Origin: Macrostomum hystrix
Lineage: Eukaryota; Animalia; Platyhelminthes
NCBI GenBank assembly: GCA_950097015.1
Contig: CATNEN010000001.1
Coordinates: 22,630,001 to 22,694,000, forward strand
Reading direction: 5' to 3'
Length of the DNA: 64,000 nt
Made by a program: the position numbers and the translations under genes
Shown here: piece by piece, positions 52,333-64,000 of the stretch
Layout of the letters: each line of letters begins with the position of its first letter
How positions within the stretch are numbered: position 1 is the stretch's first letter
Notes under the pieces: generated by a model
The model's input: only the letters and a program-made list of their open reading frames with translations
The model's database searches: none
Told to the model about the DNA's origin: nothing

Positions 52333-55265
52333 CTAGTTGGAAACTTTCGACATGACGTCGCTGAGCACGCGAACAAACCTGAGCACATCGGTGAACGAGT
52401 TGTACAGCGGCGCTGGGGCCACTCGGATGACATTCGGCTTGCGTTCGTCGCATGCGACACCGCGAGCTTCCAGCTCCGGCAGGACTAGCTCCACAGGGCA
52501 GGGCAGCAGCAGCGATAGCTGAGCTCCGCGAGCCTCCGGATCCGCCGGGGTGATGACAGAGCAGGCGGGCGCGAGTTTGGCCAGCAGGTGCTCAAGGTAG
52601 GCGGTGAGCAGCAGGGACTTTCTGCGAATGCGCTCCATGCCGGCTAGCTTGAACACGTCGAGAGATGCCCGGACACAGGCGGCCTGGGCGAGGGGCGAGG
52701 AGAATGAGGAGCTCAATGCACTGGAAGACATCGAAAGATATCGGTGATAAGAATCTCAACCTGAACTACCTGAATCTCAACCTGAACTGCCTGAATCTCA
52801 ACCTGAACTGCCTGAATCTCAACCTGAACTGCCCGAATCTCAACCTGAACTACCTGAATTTTAAACGGAACTACCTGAATTTTAAACTGAACTACCTGAA
52901 TTTTAAACTGAACTACCTGAATCTCAACCTGAACTACCTGAATCTCAAGCTGAACTGCTTGAATCTCAAGCTGAACTGCTTGAATTCCTTTAAAAACTAC
53001 CAGAATTTCTTTAGCAACTACCTGAATTTCATATTGAACACACTCGAAACCCAAGCTGAACTACATAAATTATGGAACGCCTGAACTACCAAAAAACACC
53101 TGAGTCCCAACCCCAGCCCACCTGAATCATGGACGGATTGGTGAGCCGAAACTGGCCAGCGCTTGGCTCCGGCTCCATCTGGTTGGTCATGTCGAAGCGG
53201 GTGTCAATCTGGTGGCCCCACCAGCCCTCCAGGCGGGGCAGTTGGTCCCGACTGTCGGCTCCCAGGTGTCGCTGATGCACAAATGCGCCAGCGATGCAGC
53301 CGGCTCCGCAGTTCAGGTACTTGTAGGTGCACCAGGCGGCGAAGTCGACGCCCCAGTCGTGCAGCCGGAGCGGCACGTTGCCAACGGCGTGAGCTAGATC
53401 CCAGCCCACCCGACAGCCGTTGTCCCTGGCGGCCTCCGTGATGGCGGCGATGTCGAACAGCTGGCCAGTGTAATAGTGCACTCCAGAGAAGAGCACCAGG
53501 GCGATCTCGTGACCGCGGCTGTTGATGGTCTGGATGGGGACCACGAATGTCTCACCTCACGTTAATGGTAATTAAAAATGAATTAATAAAAAATTTCTTT
53601 AAATATTACCCTCATAATCGTTATAATACTCTTTTGCAATAATTGTCTTGCTGAAGGACACAGTTCCAGTGGAGTCGGAAATCGAACCCCCGACCTTCAA
53701 GTCGTGAGTCCGACGCTCTAACCACTAGGCTACAACCTCATAATATTATCCTCATACTAGACCCGCAGCCAACGAGGAGGCAATTCGCTGACTCCTGAGC
53801 ACACACACTCACAATGTTGTGTACATCTGCCCTGACTTTTCTCATCGTCAGGCAGTGTGCGTTCAGTGTACACACTGTGTATACACTTTCCCTGTGCCTT
53901 GGAGGTCGTAAATTGCACGACAAGCCCCCAAGCCTTCTCTCCGCGGATGCACCCCAAACGAATGTGGCCTCGCTGCAGAATCAAGCTCAAGGACCTTGGT
54001 GCGAGACGAAAACGCGTTACACCGTTCTGCCACTCACCCTCTTACGTAAAATATCGACCTTAAACTGGTTGTTTCAAAGTCACTAAGATAACGGCTACAT
54101 AAGAATCGAGCCAAGGCCACGAACCTCAACAATGTCGTCGGTTCTCAAACAGCGCTCGCCCTGTCGCGGTTTCAGGCAGATCATCTCATTGGCTGGGTCC
54201 AGGCCCCGATTGCGAATCTGCGACTCCACGGCATAGTGATCGGAGGGGAACGCCTGACACTCCAGCAGCACTTTGGTCCGGCCTGGCTTGGGCTGGTAGA
54301 AGGAAGTCAGCATGAGGTGCAGGTTCACCGTCAGGCTGTTCATCACGCAGGTCTCCGTTGGCAGGGCGCCCACCAGCGCCGACATGTCGTCTAGCAGCCA
54401 CTCGTCACAGAAGGCCCACGGCATGAAACCGTGACGATGACCGAAGACACCGAACCTGCGGAGTGGGTGCCGACAGCACTGCCATACCACATCTCATCTC
54501 ACCCAAAACTCCATCTCATCTCACCCTAAACTCCATCTTATCTCACCCTGACCTCTGCCACATCTCACCCTAACCTCCGCCACATCTCACCTGTCCTCCG
54601 CCACATCTCACCCTAACCTCCGCCACATCTCACCCTAACCTCCGCCACATCTCACCCTAACCTCCGCCACATCTCACCTTGACCTCCGCCACATCTCACC
54701 CTGACCTCCGCCACATCTCACTCTAACCTCCGCCACATCTCACCCTGACCTCTGCCACATCTCACCCTGACCTCTGCCACATCTCACCCTAACCTCCGCC
54801 ACATCTCACCCTGACCTCTGCCACATCTCACCCTGACCTCTGCCACATCTCACTCTAACCTACGCCGCATCTCACCCTGACCTCCGCCCCATCTCACCTG
54901 TCCATAGAGCTGATGACTCACCTGGCCCACTGGCTGAGCTGAGTGTCCAACTGTTGCCGGACCTCCTTGGGCATCAGGCCGAGCGAGTTGCCGCACAGGT
55001 AGATGCTGTCCTCATCAGGGTCGGGCCTGGAGTCGCCCTGGCCGTCGAGTCCCAGCTTGACCAGCGGCAGGTCGCGCATCTTCGGATAGTGGAACCTGTC
55101 CCTGAACTTGGCCAGCGGATCGTTAAGGTCGGCCAAGCGGGCGAAGTCCTCACAGTCGAGCTGCACAGACCATTCATCGGCTAGACTCTGCAGGTCAATC
55201 AACGGGTGCCGGCTCTCAGACGATTCGTTACTGTTGTTGAAAGCCATTGAAGGTTCCGCTTGCAT
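52333..55265 (-). CDS. KYNU: Kynureninase, ~477 aa; exons 55265-54922, 54455-54125, 53529-53122, 52683-52333
   Basis: IYLCGNSLGLMPK, MNSLTVNLHLMLTSFY, AFPSDHYAVESQ, DLAHAVGNVPL.LHDWGVDFAAWCTYKYLN (PLP lysine), GWWGH, IRVAPAPLYNSF. Confidence 0.97.
52750..53035. repeat. 21-bp minisatellite AACCTGAACTACCTGAATCTC in KYNU intron 3
   Basis: Visible tandem copies. Confidence 0.9.
53640..53736 (-). mobile_element. tRNA-derived SINE head or pseudo-tRNA in KYNU intron 2
   Basis: Minus strand GTAGCCTAGTGGTTAGAGCG (A box)...GGTTCGATTTCC (B box), followed by TGTGTCCTTCAGCAAGACA; anticodon stem poorly paired. Confidence 0.65.
53745..54042 (-). mobile_element. tRNA-derived SINE (head plus body) in KYNU intron 2
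   Basis: Head matches 62679-62760; body matches 745-880. Confidence 0.7.
54488..54902. repeat. 22-bp minisatellite CCACATCTCACCCTRACCTCYG filling KYNU intron 1
   Basis: Visible tandem copies. Confidence 0.95.
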
Positions 55266-55500
55266 GAGGACCACTGCAGGTAGAGCGCGAGTTCACCGTG
55301 TGATTATTTGACACAGACAGACACACCCATGCGCTTGGCTTGCAAGCTGACAATTTCACAAACTCAAAATCTTAGCCCGGCAATTTGCCAGATAGATAAG
55401 ATAGCAATAGGCTAGGCTAGGCTAGCTAACAGCCGGTGTTTTCTAAGCTGACAAAATGTAGGTAAATCAACAAGATACGCTCAAGGCCTGAAGTGTCTAA

Positions 55501-55848
55501 GACACCTGAACTAAAATACTTAAACTGTCCGACACACCTGAACTAAAATACTTAAACTGTCCGACACACCTGAACTAAAATACCTGAACTGCCCAACACA
55601 GCTAAACTAAAATACCTGAACTGTCCGACACAGCTAAACTAAAATACCTGAACTGTCCGACACACCTGAACTAAAATACCTGAACTGTCCGACACACCTG
55701 AACTAAAATACCTGAACTGTCCGACACAGCTGAACTAAAATACCTGAACTGTCCGACACAGCTAAACTAAAATACCTGAACTGTCCGACACACCTGAACT
55801 AAAATACCTGAACTGTCCGACACAGCTAAACTAAAATACCTGAACTCT
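55501..55848. repeat. 32-bp minisatellite upstream of KYNU
   Basis: ACACCTGAACTAAAATACCTGAACTGTCCGAC in tandem. Confidence 0.95.
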
Positions 55849-55857
55849 TCGAAAATT

Positions 55858-56680
55858 TATGACCCTGAAGGTTTAGGTGTGACTCTGAAGGTTTATGTGT
55901 GACTCTGAAGGTTTAGGTGTGACCCTGAAGGTTTAGGTGAGACCCTGAAGGTTTAGGTATGACCCTGAAGGTTTAGGTATGACCCTGAAGGTTTTGGTGT
56001 GACCCTGAAGGTTTAGGTGTGACCCTGAAGGTTTAGGTATGACCCTGAAGGTTTCGGTATGACCCTGAAGGTTTAGGTGTGACTCTGAAGGTTTAGGCGT
56101 GACCCTGAAGGTTTAGGTGTGACTCTGAAGGTTTAGGTATGACCCTGAAGGTTTAGGCGTGACCCTGAAGGTTTAGGTGTGACCCTGAAGGTTTTGGTGT
56201 AACCCTGAAGGTTTAGGTATGACCCTGAAGGTTTTGGTGTGACCCTAAAGGTTTAGGTATGACCTTGAAGGTTTTGGTGTGACCCTGAAGGTTTAGGTAT
56301 GACCCTGAAGGTTTAAGTGTGACTCTGAAGGTTTAGGTGTGACTCTGAAGGTTTAGGTGTGACCCTGAAGGTTTAGGTATGACCCTGAAGGTTTAGGTGT
56401 GACCCTGAAGGTTTAGGTGTGACCCTGAAGGTTTAGGTATGACCCTGAAGGTTTAGGTGTGAACCTGAAGGTTTTGGTGTGACCCTGAAGGTTTTGGTGT
56501 GACCCTGAAGGTTTAGGTGTGACCCTGAAGGTTTAGGTGTGACTCTGAAGGTTTAGGCGTGACCCTGAAGGTTTTGGTGTGACCCTGAAGGTTTAGGTGT
56601 GACCCTGAAGGTTTAGGTGTGACTCTGAAGGTTTAGGCGTGACCCTGAAGGTTTTGGTGTGACCCTGAAGGTTTAGGTGT
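55858..56680. repeat. 20-bp minisatellite GACCCTGAAGGTTTAGGTGT
   Basis: About 41 copies with strict 20-bp phase. Confidence 0.97.
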
Positions 56681-57367
56681 CCGAGACACTGAACTAAAGA
56701 TACCTGACCCTGAGCAACAGAGCTAATTTTCTTAATGCCTGAAGTTCATATGACACCTAAAATAAATGCCCAACTATTTTAACAACTAAAGTTTGCCAAA
56801 ACAAAAAAGAAACAAGCGACTGCATGGTAGCAGTTGAATTTTATCGGCAGTGGGTTTACGAGTCTAGAAAAATGAATGCAGGAATATATTTGACCGTTTG
56901 GTAAATAAAAATAAGTATATACGGCTGTTAAATAAAAATCTTAAAGAACACAGACAAGGCATTGTCTGTGTTTTGGCATTGGCCTAGCAATGTAAGTGAT
57001 GTAAAAATCGATTTTAACTTTTTGTTAATTTATCACAAAATCAGTATTAACGGCAGCTGTGCTTGGAATGTGAATTGTGGAATGTTGTCTGACGAAGTAA
57101 AAGAAAATATGGAATAGCCAAGAACAGACAATACTTAACAATGTGATCAGTTGCAGATGAAAAAGACAAAAACTTGCTTATCAGCGCGTCTCAAGCAAAA
57201 ATATTTTCAAATCCCACGAAATGTTTTTACCGAGATCGAAGTGGACCTAAATTGTGGAGTGTTTATATCGATAGCAATTTTTCACTGTAGCCAGTCTTGT
57301 GCTTTGAAAATGGGATATTTGTTGCTGAAATGACCTAAATGCCCTCAAGGTACAGGTGTAAGCATGG

Positions 57368-57795
57368 AGTTTTTAGGAGTTACCCTGAATGATGGCAGGG
57401 ACCCTGAAGTTTTAAGGTATGACCCTAAAAGGCTCAGGAGTGACCCTGAAGATTTAAGAGTGACCCTGAATAATGGCAGGGACCCTGAAGTTTTAAGGTA
57501 TGACCCTAAAAGGTTCAGGAGTGACCCTGAAGATTTAAGAGTGACCCTGAGGATTTAGGAGTGACCCTGAAGATTTAGGAGTGACCCTGAAGGTTTAGGT
57601 GTGAACCCGAAGGTTTAGGTGTAACCCTGAAGGTTTAGGTGTGACCCTAAAGGTGTAGGTGTGAACCCGAAGGTTTAGGTGTAACCCTGAAGGTTTAGGT
57701 GTGACCCTGAAGGTGTAGGTGTGACCCCGAAGGTTTAGGAGTGACCCTGAAGATTTAGGGATGACCCTGAAGGTTTCGTTTCAACCCTGAAGGTG
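57368..57795. repeat. Second, more diverged array of the 20-bp GACCCTGAAGGTTTAGGTGT family
   Basis: Same unit as 55858-56680. Confidence 0.9.
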
Positions 57796-58987
57796 CCCTA
57801 AATGCTAAGGTGTGACTCTGAAATCCTTAAAAGTTAAGCTATACATTTTCTCAGCGAAACTGATGCAACACTGACTCGCACAAGCGACCCTAAATAAAAT
57901 TTCCGCAATTGTGCTACTACTTGGAGTAATAACAGATGGCAGTTTGATGAATAAAAACGCTTTAGTAGCAATTATAAGTAATAATACTTACATAGAAAAT
58001 TTCCAGCTTTATGCAGTTTGCAGCTGGCTGTTATCATTGATATAGTGAATTCAGGCAGCATTATGTAGGCATAAAATTCGAGCTTGTGAAGCGAGCGTGT
58101 TCAATATGTTTTCTAAAACTTGCAAATAGAACTGCGTGTACATACAGCACACAATATTGTGATCAACGGGTACTCAAAATTTTACACAAAATGAACAAAT
58201 TGGGCAAATTTTTGACTTTCTTGAGTTTTAACTAAAAAATAGATTCATTGATGGCATGCTTATTATTCCGACTAATTATAAAATTCCGAGAAATTCGATT
58301 TGTGATTTTGAGTTCGCTTGCAAGTCAATGGGTCTTAGTAACGACCCGCTCCCAGGCCATCAGAGATAGTAGGTATCCACTTCGTGCCGAACGAAACCTG
58401 AGTAGGGCGCACGAACCGCGACCTGCTGCTGCTGCTGCTGCTGCTGCTGAGGCGACTGCTGTGAGTTAATGAGCTGAGCAGCTAGATTCCTACTGCTGTA
58501 ATGCGAGGAATTTTAGAGGATGAATAAAGTTAATGAAACATCTAGCAGTAACTAGTGACGCGAGTCCATTTCATTTGTGCTTTACCGATGGGGTTGAATT
58601 CGCTAGTCCACGTATACTAAAAATAGCACGTTTCAACATAAATAAAACATATGCATGATAGCTTGTTGCTATTTTTAGCATCAAGGAACATTTCAGCCCG
58701 TATATGCATTTAAAACACAAATGCACTTTCCTTCGAAATAATAATACTTGTATAAATCGCAAACCCAAACCTTGTTCAATCTCGTGCTTTGTGCTTTTAA
58801 CAATAAAATTCTTAAAAAGCAATTTTGGGTATTGCATAAATCCAAACTTCACCAAATTACAATGAAGCAACATAAAAAATTCACCTGTAAAAATTGGGAT
58901 TTAATTGCGTTTATCAATGCAATAAAAACCTTTAATGCCAGCAAACAACAAAAATACAAAATACCTAAAATAAATGATGGGTAATAA

Positions 58988-61517
58988 CTAAAAGCACTGA
59001 GACACCTTTGAGAAAATGCGAACAGTCTTCTCCTGTTGAGCGAATCTGACTCGCTGACTTTGCTGCTGCTGCTGCTGCTGATAACTGTGACCTCTAATTG
59101 CTGACAATCCATGGCCATTGTAGACAGCTAAGGTGGGATTTGTGACCAAAGTTGCTGGCAGACTGTACAAGCTTGACACCCTGGCAACCGGGGCAGTTGT
59201 CAAGGGCGCGGAGTTGCCAGAGGCAGCAGCAGCAGCAGCAGCAGATCTGCTAGCGGGCAGGCTGTACACTCTGCCTGGCTGGTTCGCTGCCTGCCTTGAT
59301 GCAGCCTCCTGGTCTAGTTGGGAGAATTTCTTAACAAGATCCCGAACAGACACGGCTGTCAGGGATCTGGCAAGTAAAGGTACAAATGTGGATCATTGTG
59401 TCATATGGGACGACAAGCAAGAAGAGAAAAATTAATCTAAAAATTCACACTCTCACTGAAAGTTAAAAGTTTCAATCTCAATCAGCCGAAAAAGATTTTT
59501 AATAACAGCGATTTATTTAAAGACTTCCGCACAATATCAGCAAACACTCACCTGGTTATTTTAAGGTCGTGCTGGAATTTTCTGTACGGACTGTCCCAGG
59601 CAGGTGCTGCCACATTGCGGTGGATGCTGAAATAAATTTTGTTGCGGTGGACGAATTAGGACTAAGGTGACAGAATAGTTTTAGCCACGATAAATTTACA
59701 GGTAGACTAACAACGAAAGTAAATTTTACTACATAAAGTAAAATAGATTAGGTTTGCATTTGTCTGCTGGTAATTGATATTGAAAAAAATAGATTTTCAT
59801 TAATTTTCAAGAGAAGCAATTCTGAATAACATTATTGATCTCGGCTAGTTCTAGCACAAAACATTTCTCACACTCGAATAGTCCGTTTTTCCTCCTTAGG
59901 AGGAGGAGTTCGCTAGGTGCAAAATCTACGAGCTGATACAAACTATCATTGAGCCAAGCGTTGTGGAAACGACACTAAAACTGAACAAAGTCTGTCCATA
60001 CAGAAGGTACAGGACAACAGCATTCGCTAGCACGATACTCCTGACTACCTGTTATTTATCTCAATAGAGCAGCTCCGTTGAGGATTAGTAAGAGATTAAT
60101 CAACATAAGCGGCAAATGCATAACAGAATGCTTAAATAGAAAATAGTGTGCAGTAGATTGTAAGCATACAATTGCGCAACAAACGCCAGGATAAGTGCAT
60201 ACTAGCGCACTAACTTGTCATAAATTATTCTTCCAGCTTCCGAGGCGAGCAAAATGCGCTGTATTTCGGCTCTGATCTCGCTGTGGTTGGATTTTAGTTT
60301 GACAAATTTTAGTTCGGAATCAGTGACGATTTGACTTGAGTGAATTAAAATAGCAAAAATATACTCTGTTATAAAAAAACAGTGACTAGTTATTTAAGTA
60401 TTGTGAAAATTATTCTAATAGCAAAGTGAAAGTCTTTTTTAATTCGGATTATTTCGTTGTTTGAATTCAGCCTAACAAATGTGACGTTGTCACTGTCACT
60501 GTGAATTGTAATTTGCGAATTCCTAATTATGTAATAACTTGGGCCGTTTAAATAATGTCTTTTTACTACCTTCAACTTATCCAGTTCATATAATTAATTA
60601 TTTTTCTGTGCGCGCTACTGTAAGTAGACGTGGATGCACACCGCGCTGCCCTAACTTATTTTCTATTAATGTCTCAAGCTATTCTACCCTGTCCAGTGGG
60701 CTGCACGCTCATTGGCTGGGACTGTTTCCGAGAATTATCGATCGCCCTGTTTTACAGTCTGTCTAGCTTATTTGACTAAGGGCTTTAGGCCCGCTCGCGC
60801 CCCACCACCTTCTCCACACCTTCTCCTAACCTGACCTGCCCTGCCTTGTCTGCCTGTGCCTGGGTCTGCCTTGGACTCCTTGTACTTCTCTATAGGCTTC
60901 GCTATACTTGGCTTGACTAGACTTCTTCTCGTCTCGTCCACTTGTTCGCCTGTCCACTGACTATTACTTACTTACTATCACTTACGGTTACTACTATTGA
61001 GCTCCTGCGCCTTACTTTCCTCCCTGCTTGTCGTACGTCCCAGTGCACCCAGATAATAAAGTGCTACCGCTACAAAGAACTGACTTTAGACTGCCGTGAA
61101 CTAAAATTGTCGCCGCCACTGACTTCGGTCTTCGTCCTTTTAATCGTCACACAAAACGGCACCCAAAAGTGTATCAATAGCTGCTGTCAAAAGTTTCAAA
61201 TCAATAAATATTGTTTTAAAGCTAACAATCAGTAGTTAATAGATGCACTAAATGTCATGCGATTATAAAAAACAGATAGCATGCCGTCACTCACTTTTGT
61301 CTAGCCTGCTCAGACACTCGATCGTAATAGGCCAAGTGCTGCGGATTGCTGACTGGAGCAATTCGACTACCGCCGGAGGGGTTCTGATGACGTACGGGTG
61401 GCTGCTGCTGCTGCTGGTGCTGCGGCTGTCGCTGCTGTTGCTGAGGCGGATAAAAAGGAGCTGCGGATACTAATGGCTGCTGCGGATGTACATGACGACC
61501 TCCTTGATAGTGACCGA

Positions 61518-61551
<34 letters not shown>

Positions 61552-63423
61552 AGACGAGGCCATGGCGATGGCGCTCTGTGCCATAGACGATGGCGGCGGT
61601 CCGGTCTCGAACTGGTGCGCGCCGATGCGGGCATAGTAGGCTGACAGCTCCGGGGATATCAACCGAAGCGGGGCTGTCAGAAGACCGTTTGTGACGTTGC
61701 CGTTGTTGGAATAGCGCGGGGAAAGCTGCTGCTGCTGCTGCTGCAGCTGAGTTGGCTTCATCATTATCGGAGGCTGGACAGGCAATGGCAGAGCTGCCGT
61801 CTGCTTCTTGAACACTCGATCGCGCTTCAATTTACGATAGCGCTGACGGGCCAGATGGCCTCGGGCTAGGCTCTGCAGTCGCAGCACCAGGCGGCGACGG
61901 CGGCGAAGCTCAACTTTGGCGCGCCAAACCTGACGATGAAAGAAAAGTGAAGACTGTAAGAATGAAGCCCAATGAAGTTATGGGGCGGTTTGGCAACGCC
62001 CAAGAATTCTTGATGGTTATTCGATGTGACAGAAAACCGCGAGACGGGAGCACTTTTCTTAAAGACAGCTTTACAGCTTCTTTCGCTTCTCTATATTTTC
62101 AAGTTGAGGCAGAGAAGAGAGAGACAAGAGCTGGCTCACTGGTGAGTACAGTTGAGGGCGTTGGTCGCTGTCTTTAATTCAAAACCTTCTTTCCACGCGA
62201 CAAAGCAAGAAGAATGAATGCAATGCTTGAAGTGAATGTAAATTTGAGCAAAAAACTGAGTGAGTAAGAGAAGTTAGTGGCTTCGCCGACAACTCTAGCC
62301 CACATTGAGCTGCTTGAGATATAGTTCTCAAAGCTACTGACACCGCTAGAGAAAAAATAGAGCTGGCAATAACACCTGCTAATTTGTCAGAAATTCGCAT
62401 AAAATGAATGACTCAGAAACCATAAAGTTGGACAATAAATAACAGGTAAATAGCCGGGTTGGCTTTGAGTCCTGGGTGGAAACGCCTTAATTTTTGTATA
62501 TGCGGACTAGCACGATTAGCCCCCCGTGATAGAGGCACATAGAAAATTAATTGAAAAGGAGTACTGGCAAAATATACGAGAATGAAAGCATACAGCCTTA
62601 GACATAACTGTCCTTTAATGAACATCCTCACTAAATTTCTTAAAATATTGTAAGCCAAAATAACTACCCTAGAAATACGGGGGCTCAGTGGCAGAGCGCT
62701 CTAACGCGTTTGTCTCTCGCACCAAGGTCCCTGAGCTCGATTCCGCGGCGAGGCCACAATAAAAAAATCGGTCATTCGGTTAGGGAGCTATCGTGAAATA
62801 GGCAGTGGGTATTTGAAATAACCCCGTTGTCTTTCCCCAGGGGGGAAAGTAGCGTGTTTTTTTATTTCAAAGTATATACTCGTGCATAATAGGCCATTGT
62901 AGCATCATATATACTCGCACAAAGAATTTTCATAGAAGTTACTGTGACACTGAATTAACCACGAAAGTCATGGACATAACGCTTGAAAAAAGACGAAACA
63001 CCTTTCAAATATTGCTATTGTAACCAAGGGCTTCACCTGAATGACCCGCCTAGCGGCGAACAGCGACCAGCGCAGCCGTCTGAGCTGCCGCACAGCCAGC
63101 CAGCGCCTCACAGCCGCCTGGCACTTGGTCACGGCACTCAGCAGGTGAGCCCGCCGGCGAATCAGCATCTCAACGTGGTGATACTTGAGGAAAACTTTGT
63201 GCCGACCGACTAGCCAGCCTGTGAGGCCGAGCTTCTTGAGCACGGTCCGGCACAGATCCATGGCAGCCTGGCCGGCGGAAGCGCCTCGGCTGACGGGCGA
63301 GAAGCCGAGCACAAGCGGCCCGTAGTCGGCTAGGAACTCGCGGAAGCTCAGCCGATGTGAGTAGCCCTGTCGGCGAATCTCTACGGTTTCAAGTACACCT
63401 GTGTAGCGCAGCTGCTCTAGCAC
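58988..63423 (-). CDS. Class III myosin (MYO3-like), 3' part; exons 63423-63037, 61929-61295, 59626-59552, 59366-58988 (possible further exon 58458-58360); 5' part lies beyond the window
   Basis: VLEQLRYTGVLETVEIRRQGYSHR and GRHKVFLKYHHVE (myosin III-type motor end), IQ motifs CQAAVRRWL and LQSLARGHLARQ, Gln-rich tail; consistent phases. Confidence 0.85.
60480..61151 (+). mobile_element. Solo LTR in a myosin intron
   Basis: Termini TGTGACG...CGTCACA, 4-bp TSD CAAA, AATAAA at ~61055. Confidence 0.8.
62679..62800 (+). mobile_element. tRNA-derived SINE head
   Basis: GGCTCAGTGGCAGAGCG...GCACCAAGGTCCCTGAGCTCGATTCC..GCGAGGCCACA; related copies at 53960-54040 and 43190-43262. Confidence 0.65.
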
Positions 63424-63617
63424 CTGCGGCGATTTCGAGACGATTGATTAGATAAATACTATCAAACAAATGAAGGCTGAATGCAATACTTAATTCAATA
63501 TCTCAGTAGTATGAGCAGAATTCGATAAGCAAAAAAAGAAAACGCTGCAAAAACTTCCAGCCCATCGATCTAACTCTCTGATTTATCATATGATAATTTA
63601 CGATCCTAACTGATAAA

Positions 63618-64000
63618 AATGGGGTCATTATCCACTGCATACTGATCATCATGGGTCATTATCCACTACCTACTGATCATCATGGGTCATTATCCACTCC
63701 CCACTGATCATCATGGGTCATTATCCACTGCATACTGATCATCATGGGTCATTATCCACTGCATACTGATCATCATGGGGTCATTATCCACTGCATACTG
63801 ATCATTATGGGGTCATTATCCACTGCATACTGATCATCATGGGGTCATTATCCACTGCATACTGATCATCATGGGGTCATTATCCACTGCATACTGATCA
63901 TCATGGGTCATTATCCGCTGCATACTGATCATCATGGGTCATTATCCACTACCTACTAATCAAAATGGGGTCATTATCCACTGCATACTGATCATCATGG
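63618..64000. repeat. 31/32-bp minisatellite ATGGG(G)TCATTATCCACTGCATACTGATCATC in a myosin intron, running off the window
   Basis: Visible tandem copies. Confidence 0.95.

Noticed and set aside
53669-53736. tRNA-Val(CAC) gene
   Set aside because: The anticodon and acceptor stems pair poorly and the sequence continues into a SINE-type body

Overview
Eukaryotic (metazoan) genomic DNA with GC-rich exons, GT-AG introns and very abundant minisatellites. The style is most consistent with a free-living flatworm such as Macrostomum, which is an inference only. Genes reconstructed by hand with frame-consistent splice sites: a PLAC8/cornifelin-family gene, an unknown minus-strand gene, a 3-exon globin, QRSL1/GatA, CHIC2, an NPF/NPY-type GPCR, a divergent LST2/ZFYVE28-like gene with two tandem FYVE domains, ERGIC2, kynureninase and the 3' part of a class III myosin. 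Mobile DNA: an internally deleted Ty3/Gypsy provirus (both LTRs, 5-bp TSD), a solo LTR, a 5'-truncated LINE, tRNA-derived SINEs and several MITEs. The most notable unexplained structures are (i) the LST2-like gene bracketed by two related 24-bp arrays in inverted orientation, (ii) introns filled almost entirely by minisatellites, several built from splice-donor-like words, and (iii) a 4.4-kb array with a 1275-bp higher-order period abutting the GPCR promoter. No database searches were run; family calls rest on recognised motifs.
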